The notes below the pieces were generated by a model. That model did not search any database and was not told the DNA's origin. It saw only the letters and a list, made by a program, of their open reading frames with translations. From positions 121,558 through 185,557 of the forward strand of contig NMRA01000707.1 in the NCBI GenBank assembly GCA_002633005.1: DNA of 64,000 nucleotides, read 5' to 3'. The first letter of the stretch is position 1; each line of letters begins with the position of its first letter. This DNA is from Phoronis australis (lineage: Eukaryota; Animalia; Phoronida). Position numbers and translations under genes: made by a program. This document shows, in pieces, positions 26,001 to 38,197 of this stretch.

Positions 26001-27527
26001 CATAATTTAATGTCTACAATGACAGCCGTGGCAAATAATTTTGCTTCTTGTTTAGCTTTAGACAGGCAAACTAACATGAGTGCAAAATCGTTATTATCTT
26101 TTAAACAGATGTTTGCAGTATTTTGCCTTATGTAACTGATTTTGTTTCAGTACAGTATTACACCAAAAGTCGGAAACGACTCGATGGTTTGAATGCGCAC
26201 ACATTGTAATTGAGCTCATTAATATTCATGAAGATGCATATTAGGATCATTTATGACTCATTTCTGAGCATTGAAAAACAATTGCCTTGAAAGTTACGAT
26301 TTTCATGAGTTTACAAGACGGCCAAACATTTTTTCCTAATGAAAACATGCAAGGAACATTGGTGATTTTGTTAGTCGGAAGACATGATCATTTTTATGAT
26401 CGGAGATGATTGTTACTTAATATCGTTTGCTTTAAAACAATCAAAACACAGTTGTGTTATCTAGTATCACGAGAAATGTCCTCCACTAACACTGAGTCAC
26501 ATCAAAAAGGGTTACTTAACTAAGCATCAAACAGCACATACCAACGAGGTGCAAATTGAAGTCATTCGCTATACTTGGCACAGGTTAAGAAAACAGATTT
26601 AATAGTAAAATTGAAATAAATCAAAATCGTGTACGGGTAATCGTTCGGTTCCAATTAAAAGTTCAAAAACCCTATTTAAGTAAACAGCGAACATTTTGAA
26701 GTTTCATTTTCAGCACAAAGTTGTGTTCAGCACTGGTGCACGTAGCGTCGTGCTTCAGACTCATATTCACACTAACTGTCGGCCAGTTACTTAGCGTAGT
26801 ATAATCCAATCCACATGACATTTTTATTTTATTCAGTTATCGTACAAGTGTACTGTGCAAGGTAATTAGTGAACCAGCCATTGACAGGGTGTAGTTAAAC
26901 TCTCTACGAAACTAAGGGCAAAATCAATACATTTCCAATGGTCATTGAATCTCCCTCACATGTAAGACAGAAACATAATTACTCTGGACAGTTGAAGGAA
27001 GTTGCCAGTGGGCGCTCTTGAAGTGCCCATGGGAGGACTTCCACTGCCGATAGGGGGCAGAGCAGAAATTCGTGAAAGCGCAGGCCACGACCATGAGCAC
27101 AGTCGGTGGACATAATCTGAAATTTAGTAAACTAACTGGCAGTTTGGTACAGTTGAAATTCTTTCATACGTAGGCATACTTGCACAGGAAACTGTGGTGG
27201 AGTGCAGGGCAAAACTGTTTTACCAAGGCCGTGAAAATCGTTGACATCTGGAGTCGGGGGGACGCGGCTAGGTCGGTAATTTGTGGTGCAATGAGCACCG
27301 ATTCGAAAATTTGTGGGAACTGAGTTGAAAGAAAAATTTATCCTCACGCTTCCAATAGAAAAAAATGTCATTTTCGCCCCTGAGTACTTAGGGACGATTT
27401 CGCTCTGCAATGAGTGCACGCATGCGTGAGTGCACAGTCCTTGTTCAGTGATGGCATTGACGTTTCGACGGTTGCTATACGCATATCATCGAGATTCCAT
27501 GTTGAAAAAAAAACAGCAATACTTTAC

Positions 27528-28338
27528 CTAACATCTTTGCCACTGATCTTCGAGCTTGGAGCATTTGCTCGACTCTCTTCATCTCTGGGCCGTTAGAGTG
27601 ACTGCACTGTGAATTCTCTGAGTCTGTGCGGGCAAGGAAAACGGACTTTCGCACAGCAAGTCCTATGAGAACGTACAAAATAGTCAACAATGTCATGGGC
27701 AATATAAAAAACACCACGGTAGACGCAGTGAAGATGTGTGGCACCCTGCGCTCGGGCACTAGGCCGCAGATGCACGAATCCGGAAGAGGGTAGTGGCCGG
27801 TTCCGTTCGCAAACGTTTCGCATCGTATGCCGAATTGATAAGAAGGCGTGATAGCGGAGAGACAGGAAACTATCCAAGTGACTAAAACGACTTTCATGGC
27901 TCGGGGCACCGATGTAGTCAGTTGTATTTTCATTGGGTGACATATTGCTACAAATCGCTCTATGGTAAACGCTGATATTGTCAAGATAGAGGCGTAAGTC
28001 GACGTTTCCACCAGAAACCCTCGTACTATGCAAAAGGTTTCCCCAAACTCGTAAGGGTATGCTCGCCACATGACGTAGAGTTCTTGCGGCACTCCCAAAA
28101 CCAAGAAAAGTAAGTCGGCGACAGCCAAGTTGAACAAATACACATTGGTACTTGTGTGCATGTATTTGTTGGCGGATATGACAATGCACGTGACGATGTT
28201 GCCAACCATTCCGGAAAACAGAAGGGCACAATAAATAAAGGTAATCGGTACAATCGCTGTTAACGATCCCCGGCGAGGGTAGCCCATCAGCTCTTCCAAT
28301 TGACTTGGAGACAAATTTACAGATCCCACACCCATCAT
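27528..28338 (-). CDS. PRXamide (pyrokinin/CAPA/neuromedin-U type) class A GPCR, coding exon 1 (N-terminus to end of ICL3)
   Basis: Translation shows TM1 GNIVTCIVI, MHTSTNVYLFNLAVADL (TM2), YPYEFGETFC, LTISAFTIERFVAICHP (ERF variant of DRY) and TM5 FFILPM. The frame is closed upstream by TGA at 28486-28488. Phase-1 donor AAG ATG TTA G|GTAAAGT at 27528/27527. Confidence 0.95.
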
Positions 28339-28429
28339 TAAGAGAAAATGACTGTGCCAGCTCCAGCGTAGTACTGTAATTGGCAGACAGTAATCGCGTG
28401 TATAATAGCGACAGCAATGTCTTCCAATT

Positions 28430-28489
28430 CTAGCGAAGCACGCAGTCTTCCGTCCCCGGGGAATGTTTAATCTTCCGATTGATATTCAT
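28430..28489 (-). promoter_or_regulatory. Candidate upstream ORF (19 aa, MNINRKIKHSPGTEDCVLR*) in the GPCR 5' leader
   Basis: ATG at 28489 with A at -3 (aaaacaATGa) and TAG at 28432-28430, ending 91 nt before the main ATG. Whether it lies within the mRNA is unknown. Confidence 0.4.
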
Positions 28490-31400
28490 TGTTTTTCTGA
28501 CGTTTATTCTTCGATCACATCCAATAAATTGTAATTCTAGATCCAGCCTCTTATTGTTTGATTAAAGCAAGTGCGGAATACAGAGCCTCTCTAAGTTCTC
28601 CGGGTTCGTAGTAGTACATGACCTCTGCGAGTAAACACTACAACTAATCAGAGGTTTGTTCGGAACTTAAAGGAATTTCTCTCGTTACGCATTGTAGGCA
28701 TGACGTCTTGAATATTTCACGCGCTCTTTACTTACGTCTCGATACATTTGGCAAACCACATCCGCATACAGCCGAATCGTATTTACATGTCGACGCGCAT
28801 TAGCTGATTGAACTTTAAATGATCGGAGGCACATCGTCGTCGTCCAATCAGGTACTTTGGTTTGTTAATGGCGTAGCGAACTCGAAAAATCATGCACGTG
28901 TTAACTGACTGTTTTACAATGCTCACCTCTGTCTCAAGATCAATACACAATCTGCGTATGAACTGACCCTGGTTATGAACGACTGAGATAAATTAAAATA
29001 TTTCATAATTTTCAGAAATCGTGTAATGAGGCCTACAGCCCCACGGAACATAAAATTTGTGCTCGATTCAAAACATTTTATTTTAGTTATTGGTCAACTC
29101 AACACATTGTATTTGCAATCCAATAAAAGAGTTTTTTTGTTGTGTTTAATTCGTTTTTATTTAGTTAATTTGTTTGAATGAATGACCAGGTATGTTTGTC
29201 AGCCAAACACATTGGAATACGAAGGCTTATCGGGAAAGTGCTTTAGCTATTTAGTAGAACAAAATCAGCTTGAATTGAAGACATTCGTTCATTTTCGAGG
29301 TTTTTAAATTAAACAAACTATCAGCACTTATTGTGGATCATAGTGGAGTTGAAGGGTGTTTCAGCAATCGGTTACCCCACCGCAAACTGAAACCGTTCTA
29401 ATTCTGTTGATCCCCGGAAATGGCGCTAGATGAGGTTTTCAGGACACCAAATTAAATTTCAAACAAATTTGACCTAAACACGGTCACTCGTCTGAGTTTT
29501 CCCACTCATGTGTGCGATATAAAAAGCTACAATTCTCCTTGATTAACTGGCTAAAACCGAAAATCGAATTACTGTACGTCTTCTAATCTCATAAAATGTG
29601 GTCTCGTAATTTTGCTTAGGGTGATAGAATTTGATTTCAGCCACCAACAGCGACCAAAGAAAACTCCGCAGTCTGAAAGTTTACTGGGGTTCGGCAACCA
29701 ATAAATGCAAAGTCGAAAATAGCGCATTTACACATTACTTGCGACTCGAGCTGGTAACAAAAATAAATTCCTATCGCGGTAAGGAAAGTTATGAGATCGA
29801 TTTTACGAGAGTTCGGTGTTCGTTTTCAGCCACGTAAACAGGGCGAAGGTGCAGCCACAGTGCTAACAAACAGTATTTGAGACTGCATTTCCTTAAGCGA
29901 TAGTCCCCACATGTAAATGCAACAGCCCACTGCATCTGGTGTCGCCACGATGGAAATTGTGGGACACTAATGAAACTGCTTTCGAAACACCGATGGCTGT
30001 TCGTAAGCGCCAACAAGCTCATTTGCAGGTCAGCGCGTGTGGGTCCGAACTTATGGGACACCAAAGAGTTCGTACACGAGTGCCTTTCTGCGCGTAGAAA
30101 TGTGCTCAATGTACCAGTATCTTTGCTTATTCAACGCGTGCTTTTATTCCTTCAACAATCATCACTCTGCTCTTATTCAACATGCAAGTTTATTTAATCT
30201 ACGCGTAGTTTTACTTATTAATAAACAACGCATCCTTTTAATGGTATACTTTAGTCCTATCTTTACCTCGCATGGAAAATATAGGGCATGGTCAGTTGCC
30301 AATTTGGGCAACTGAACGATGGATTGCATTTTGGATTTCGTTTAGGGTATGGATTTGTAACAAAATGGGCCAAGCTTTGAACTAACACTCATAAAAATTT
30401 TGGGGAAATTTGAGGGACCAAAGTATGTAATTTAATAATTTGTCTCGGGGAACTACCCATAAACAAAAGAACACCGAATAAACTTCAACCAAATTTGGAA
30501 GTTGCCAAAATGGAATTTATTAATTATTATGATGTAGACTTATATATATATTTATAAAACATGTTATCACAAGAAATGTTTGGACAGGTGGACGCTATGG
30601 CTCATCCAGTTATCTGATTGTCTTCTCCTTTGACTGTTATCCCTATAGCCGCGCGCGTGTACATGTATATGAATGTGTGTTTATTAAGACATGCTACTTG
30701 AATACTATTTCATGTCTTAACTGCAAATAAAGAAAAAAAAACGACTGCTCGAAAAACAAGTTCGGGACTTTGTTCGAGTTGGAGGGAATTAGAGACATCG
30801 AGGGCCTCCTAAGTTGTTCCTCTATGCACAAAAGGTGCTTATAGCAACGTGACTTAGATGTTTTGACGTGAGGAATAAATTGAAGGAAAGCATCCGGCGT
30901 GTGAAATTCCTGCAGGAATTTCATCGTCTTCACTGGAGTCACCAAGTATTCGTGGATTTAACATATTTGCAAACGCAGACAGTTACCCCTTAAAGAACCC
31001 TTTGGTGGTTCATACGAACTGCTGCCTGCGAGCTGTATGGCCAGTGAATTTACAAAACGTCTGAGGCACGTTTCGTCGACATGTAGGTCGTGTCCAAAGT
31101 ACAAGGTTTCAATACTACAAAGACGGGCGACAGATTCCGTTTACGACACCCGCACTAAACATGACCAAAATACATGAAAAAAGACACCGGCATCCCAGTA
31201 TTAAAGATGACGTGAAACCTCTCGACTTGCACTGTCCACGTTCCGTCAGAACAGATTCCGAGACTCTGTAAATTCTTTCTGCCAGTTTTTGTTTTGAAAC
31301 GCTTTCTGGTCCGTGTACCTACAAAAGCGTAGAATATTTTATTATAGAACTAACTGACTAGTCTCCAAGTCAAGTCAGTTATAAAGCACTGAGGGAACAC

Positions 31401-31639
31401 GCATGCACGTTCAAGCCACAAAAGCGTAACGTAAACCCCAGTCAAATATCACGCAATGTCTACTTGTCTAACGACAAGTTAATAATTTCTTAGACGAGTT
31501 ATTCCACAGTCCCCTCCCGTGCGCACAAAATACTGCGGAATTCATTTCAACTTTCTCCCGAGAGAGGACTCTGTCGCATCTTCACCTAAGGCAATAATTA
31601 AGTTGACTAAACCAATAAATTCAACAGATACTTGATTAC

Positions 31640-31884
31640 AATGCGTGCACCCAGGGGGAAGAGGGCGCAAACGAGCCCTCCCCCCGCCGATATGACGAAG
31701 TGGGCAAAAAGGTCCGCCTCAGAGAAACAGAAATTGAAAAAGTAGAAAACGGGTCAAAAGTCTACTAAAGAGGCAGAAACTACCAAAATTCGGCAAAAGC
31801 ACAATTCGTACCCCGTTTTTTGGTAAAAGGTTCTCCTCATTCTCGAAATTTCGAGCCCACATTTGTAGGCTGGATTAACGCAGG
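31640..31884 (+). repeat. Dispersed repeat family B (MITE-like)
   Basis: Shares gaagtgggc.aaa.ggtc.gcctcagagaaac and gagccc...taggctg...cgca with 40236-40409 (reverse) and 59288-59546. Confidence 0.7.
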
Positions 31885-33225
31885 TTTACTCGACATTTGT
31901 TTTTTGAAGGGAGAGGACAGAAAAAACGGACTCGCCCAGATGTCAACTTGCTCGGCCAATATGACATAAACAGTTCGGTTGACATGATATCGCTCAACGA
32001 CTGGGTTTCTTAATTTTAAGCTACTTGAGACTATCGTGGTGTATTGAGCGGGGTAAGGGCCTGGAAATTCGGTCTCCCAGTTTTCGGCAAAGGATTATGG
32101 AAAATTTGTGTAAAACAAGAAAACATTGTGGAAGAGAAGCATCAAACGAAATCAAGAGGTGGGTATAAAAGCCCACGAGGTGAAAAATAAAAGACATAAA
32201 ATAGCATTCACCAGATTCCGAGGAGTACAACTGTAGAAATTTGAAAATGGAAAGATTGAAACTCACTGTTTGTGAACAGCATACCCGATAGTGTCGTGTA
32301 AGAACAAAATGCCAACATTTTCACCATAATTATTACAACAGTTTTGTTTGTTTTGCCCCGTGCATTATTTGGTACGCATTTTTATGAAATGTTGAGTTCC
32401 TGTGCAACAGGATCCGCATAGACTGCACTACCCGCATTCATAAGTTTCATGATCCGGCTTTTTGTTCGTGTTCGAGGTCTTTGGCGTAGTTATAACGGTC
32501 GTAAACATCAGTCTTAGTTTCTTAATTAGGCTACTACTCGAATGCACCGCTTTTACGTGGTACACCTATGTTCTTAAAAGTTCTTGAGGGAAGCGCCCCC
32601 CAGACCCCGACCACCCGGACATATACCGCAAGTCCCTGTGAGGAAACATACCGAACCAGATGACCTCGGTAGCACATTATGCGTAAGCTTTCTAGAATCA
32701 CTAAAGGATTCCTCATTGAAAACGCGGAGTTAAAGAATCCATATGGCAATCAAACACCAAAGGCAAGATACGCCTATGTGGATAATACCTATTCATATCA
32801 TTAGTTCTACCTCGGAATACAAAAATGTTTTCCGGGTTTTGTCAAGCCATGCTGCAACAGGACTAACGACGAAAAGCGCAGCGGTTTAATCAGAAACGTT
32901 GAATGATGCTGATGTCAGTTGTGCTCATCACAATAAGAATTTCCTAGCGACCACGCCCACCGCTATCTACCATGTGTTTACCGGATATTACATGTATAGG
33001 AAAGCACGAGAGCGTCAGGATTACATTATGCATTCTGTGATGATGTTTGCAGATTACGCCGCATCCAACTTCGCCCACATAAGATGAGAAAGCTGCAGCG
33101 CCACCTTTCGCTTAATTGATTAACAAGGAGTTCGAGGTCCTTTTCATGAAGCCCTGCACACAGGAGGCGATACAATAGTTAGTGGACAGTGAGCAGTAAC
33201 AGACCATTTTGCAGTGCTGTAGTGG

Positions 33226-33430
33226 GGCATAGGCGGACGTAGGCGCAGCCAACCACCTTTTTGCCTTTTAACGTAGCGCCTACCCACCGTACGTTACAGC
33301 ATAGTTGGACGTAATAGCATATACATATAGTTGCAGCCAGCCACCTTTTTACTTTTTATCGTAGCAACCATCTTTTTGCATTTAAACGTAGCGTCTCGGC
33401 ACCGAAAGTGACGGTATAGTAGGGCGTAGT
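33226..33430 (+). repeat. Degenerate local tandem repeat
   Basis: Recurring gcagcca.ccaccttttt, aacgtagcg and atagt.gg.cgta blocks. Confidence 0.6.
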
Positions 33431-36400
33431 CTCGATGCGATAACTTACGCCACCAGTTACGCTGACGACAGCATTGTTGCCGAATATTTCGGCGGGAGAG
33501 ACCACTGGGTATGCTCGCCGAGTGATGGAATTTTTATTAATATTTCATTCAAGATAAAAAAACAGTTATGGTGCCACACCATGGGTGGATTAGGTGGCGA
33601 AGGGCCCCGAGGACACTCCCACGACGGTCTAATAAAATATCCACCAGCATATCGTTTCTGGGCGTTACACTCCTATTTTCTTTTATCCGGTAATTGTGCA
33701 CGTCTTCAGAGACCGCTTGGGATGCACGCCGACCTTTGCCTTCGTATATGTGTGGTTGGAACCTCTTTCTCTGACATCCAAGATCCGCCACTGCAGACTA
33801 TGAGTGAGTCAAAAAGTAAGCCCCCATGTTTGTGAGTCAGGTTTTGTGAGTTCAGTGCACTTTTGAAATTCAGGTCTGAAGGCGATACAATGGGCTACAA
33901 ACCTCTGATTTTACCACTACTGCACAGCCATTTCGTACTGTGAGTACTTTCGCTTGTCAATTTACACGTGTTTTATCATTTGTGACTAAATGAGGTATTA
34001 GTATACATCCATTTTCGAAATTCCCACGGTTTAAGTTACTCATTTTCTTGTAAAAAACAAAGTTCATAGTCATTATAGTCACTTAGATCCAGCATAATAA
34101 GGAGCTGTAAACAGTCACAAACTACGAAGCCCAATTCAGATAACCGCAGTAGGTGCGGTAGTGAGGCAGGTACCAGAGTAAAAAAAATGATTGATAGACA
34201 AAAAATATCTTGAAAAGTTTCACCCTAAGTTACTAAAGGTGTTTGCATGGATAACCCGCATCGAAGTATTTTTCGCAGTGTTTTCAGAGATCCGGATTAA
34301 TTATCAAATCGCTGTCGATTCAATCAGTCACGTGTAGCCTAGAACCACAATAATTTGTATTTTAGTTCAAATTTATTTTGACTAAAATGGTGTCATTTTT
34401 AAACGGCTTGTTCTGAGAATACACTTGGTTTGCAGTAAAATTCATTTTGAACTGATCTTAACAAAAATGAAGCGTTTATTTATTTTGTATGCGAGAAGTA
34501 GCTACATGCGCAGGATTATTATTTTGGCTCCGAATTATTAAAACAACATTTAAGAATAAAATTTGAATAGCATAAGGTAATGGATGGACGGAAAAACAAG
34601 AAGGGGGACTAAGTCCATGTGAGATATATCTTAACATGATTTCCAGAACAGTTCCAACCGTTTTAGCACACATAATTTGTAATTTATATCATTTGTGCCA
34701 AACGTGAAATTTCGGTTGTTTAATTTGGTTTCTACAAGGGGAGGTCAGGTTTGAGACCACAGCTATTTGCGGGCCAACAACATACTTTATCAAACCACCA
34801 ACAGAGTTCTAATAGTGTTCTTTATACGCATCCGCTTCAAATAAAAACGCAATCGCTGTCAAAACAATGTTAAGGAAAATATGACTAGAAACGCATTGTC
34901 GTGGATAACATTGCCGGCATCATTAATGGAAAGGAGCCAATACTTATAAATTTTACAAAAAATTAATTTCATTAAAACTTTTCAAATTATTTCCATTACA
35001 TCTGTCTATACAATTGAATCATTGTAAAGTTGCAACTAACGAAATCGAGCAATTTGGGGGAACAGATTAAAATATTGCAATAGGCTGGTAAATGTTGAGC
35101 ATGAGCATAGAGCAACAAAACTTTGTGCTCCATTATAACGACTCTTCCCTATACAATAGATTGTGAAATAAATAACTTTACTTCAGTGCAAGACCGTATG
35201 AAGGCAACTGAAAAGGCGAAATTGTTGGAGTTCGAGTGAGCCAGGACTTGGGGAAATTGTTGAAAGTGGCCCTGTTGTGTGCCCTAGTTGTAATGTGGGG
35301 TGAGTCATCTCTATTCAAAGGTCGACGAACTCTATCGGGTCTTATCCTACTTTCTGTTACTGTTTGCCACACAATTCCTTCTTGATCACTTATTTTTTTG
35401 TTATCAAAATATGACCGCCCTTATCATACTTCTTCAGTTAAAATAATTTGAAAACTCAAATTTATCATTCGGTTATTATAAACATCAAACATGCATGCCC
35501 AAATATTTGTAATTTATAGAGATTTTACATGAATGAGGAAAGCTTATTTTTATTGCTATTTTGACCTATTTTACTCGTAAAACATGAATAATGCGACCGT
35601 AAATGTTTTAATGCGCCTGTGTTAGAAAAACCGAGACAATGCATTTACGAATAGGCCTACATTGTACTCGATGTTCAAATTTCAGCATTTTGTCATTTTT
35701 GTCACCAAATTCATTGGAAAATTACACGAAAAAGGAATGACCTTAAACGTGGGAACTTTTTACATTTGAAAATTACATGTACAATTGAGGTGGAAAATGC
35801 TTAAATGAAATTTCTAGTTTAAAGTGCTCGCGAAACGTTTTGAATCTGCTACGAGTTCAGGAATCGTTGACTATGTTGCTTTGTAGGCAGCCTGGCCCGA
35901 GCATAGGGAGTGTGTCTCGGTCCCCTTCGCTGGTTCCCTGCGTGCCGCTAGGTGGGCAGTAGCCGCGTCACCAGGCAGGTCTGTGTATCACTTAATTATC
36001 CTCGGAAAATTTTGTACACCGGCGTTTCCGTTTGGCTGGTCGAATTCTCAACAGGCAGCTCTTTACGCAAAGAAAATGGCATTGAGTGATGGACTGAAGT
36101 GTAAATGTGGCCTGTCGCACAGACAAACCGTTGCTTAAAATTCATGTTCAGGAAAACTTCTAGAAATTGTGGTTGCGCCTTTTCGGAGCTTTCTACCGTC
36201 GATGACTTTTGTTTACGATACTATCCTGTATTCATACAGTATGAATAACACACCGGTTAAATCAGCCACTGTGTTTATTGTACATGTATGTGCTTCAAGC
36301 ACGCGCCACATCACTGCAGAAACAAAATAGTTGCTGCGACGCCACTTGCATGACAAGGCTAAAAATCGTTCAGCTACATGTAGTAACCAATGACTGCTGA

Positions 36401-36977
36401 CTAAAGCGTGTGCCACCGACTGCGTGATACCTGTGTGCTGGCTAGGCACGTAGGGGACCAGCGAGTTGGTCCCCTGGACTTACCGCACAAGTGGCGTGAC
36501 TTGCTACTCACGAGGGCGCTTTACTACCACATTCCCCGTAGATTGCCTTTCCGATTTTGCATAAAATGGTTCATCACGGTTACTAAGTCTTATTCTACAC
36601 TGGTTCTCCTTTTTGCAAATGAACATCATACAATTATTAAGAATTTTGTGGGGTTGAAATGCCCCAGCAACTGTCTACGTGGTTCATGAAATAACCGTTG
36701 AAGTAGTTAAAACCCCTGTAAAGGGAACCAGAGGCACTGTGTTTAGGGTAGCCGGAGTACAAGGATTTATGCCTGCACATGTTTATTCTTATATAGAGCT
36801 AGAATGTGCCTCATTACTATTCATATTGTGACTAAAACATGACCCGTATGTCTCTTTAAAATCACCTCATAATTCCCATCGCATAGAGAACTTTCGTATC
36901 GAAAGCGACCTCCCATCGTATTGTACATATATACACGGAAACAGCAGACACTTAAGTTCAGTCAAAACCCGGCTGTA

Positions 36978-38070
36978 CAGGGTGCTCCATAAGTGGGTGG
37001 GTGAGAGGAGGTGGGCACTCAACCTTATGTGAATAGTGCGGACGTGACACAAATATTAGTTCCAGTTTGCAAATTCTTGGAGCAGATTGGGTCACTTTTC
37101 GGAAATTTGGTATCAATTTTAGTGGACCCGAGACTATTTTTCGTATGCTATTTTTGGAAAAGAATCATGGACCTTTGACCGGGGTATAAAAAACCATTAG
37201 GCCTACAGTCGCCTGTCAGCCATGCATTACCAAGAATAACCGCGAAAGAAGTAATCGTGGTGGTCCTGGAAATATCAGATTGGCTATTGGTGCAGGAAAA
37301 TTCAAGGACATTCAGCTTTCATGAATTCTTTTGCACGGAGATCAACATTTCTTTCGATTTATAAGATACAAAACTGATTTTAAAATTATATACCATGCAA
37401 GAATGTCGAAGTTATAGTGAATTTGGAACGTCGTTTCTCAGAATTGCCTAAAAGATGATATGATTCATAGTAAAAGCGGGGATTCCAGGCTTCCATAAAG
37501 CCCTATTCTCACGAAGTAATGAATTGTCAATGACCCACTTTTAAATGAGGCTATGTCAAAAAATAGATCGTTTGTAATTTGAAAGTTTAAAAGTTGCATC
37601 AAACGAAATTTAAATGACGATTTAGAAAACCGAACCTGAGCCTTTTTAAAATTTGGTCGGGCATTCTTAAGTGGGCACCGTCCGTAGTTTGTTATCAATG
37701 TAGTTTCCTTCTCAAGTAATACATAAGTACGACACTGAGCTAATAGCGGATTGGTAAAAAGTCAAATTCTACAATCTTCTATTTTAAAAAATACCAACTT
37801 TTACCGAGTTGATATCTGACGCATTTGACCAAATACGCACACTTCTCGATAACCTAAATTTACATTTCAGCCGCACTTATTCTCCCAACTGGAGGCTCAG
37901 TTTTAATCTAGCAGACGCCCCAAATTTATGCAACAACAGGAGAAAGGCGACCCAAGCTATATTAATGTACATGTGAGACACGATTGCACTATTTACTTTA
38001 CATTGACTGCAAACCTTTCCCGAAGGGAACTAAACCCTAAAAAGGCTTTCGTGTTTTCTGGAGCACCCTG
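36978..38070. mobile_element. Non-autonomous Tc1/mariner-like element (1093 bp)
   Basis: TA|CAGGGTGCTCCA ... TGGAGCACCCTG|TA: a perfect 12-bp TIR with TA on both sides; no internal transposase seen. Confidence 0.7.
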
Positions 38071-38197
38071 TATAGAAAATGACGGAACTTGACCTCAGGT
38101 TTGACCTTTCGTATCGACAGACAGCCAACTCGATATTACCATATAATGGAAGACTTGGAATGATGTCGCTTTGCGTCGAATGAGTGTTTGATGAACG

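Larger units (their letters stand above)
5527..27527 (-). other. 22.0-kb GT-AG intron of the GPCR gene
   Basis: Phase-compatible donor and acceptor; the protein is continuous across the junction with no missing helix. Confidence 0.88.

Noticed and set aside
27475-27527. ORF-track C-terminus KVLLFFFQHGISMICV as a truncated 5-TM receptor isoform
   Set aside because: It is simple read-through past the splice donor; there is no evidence for a separate isoform without transcripts.
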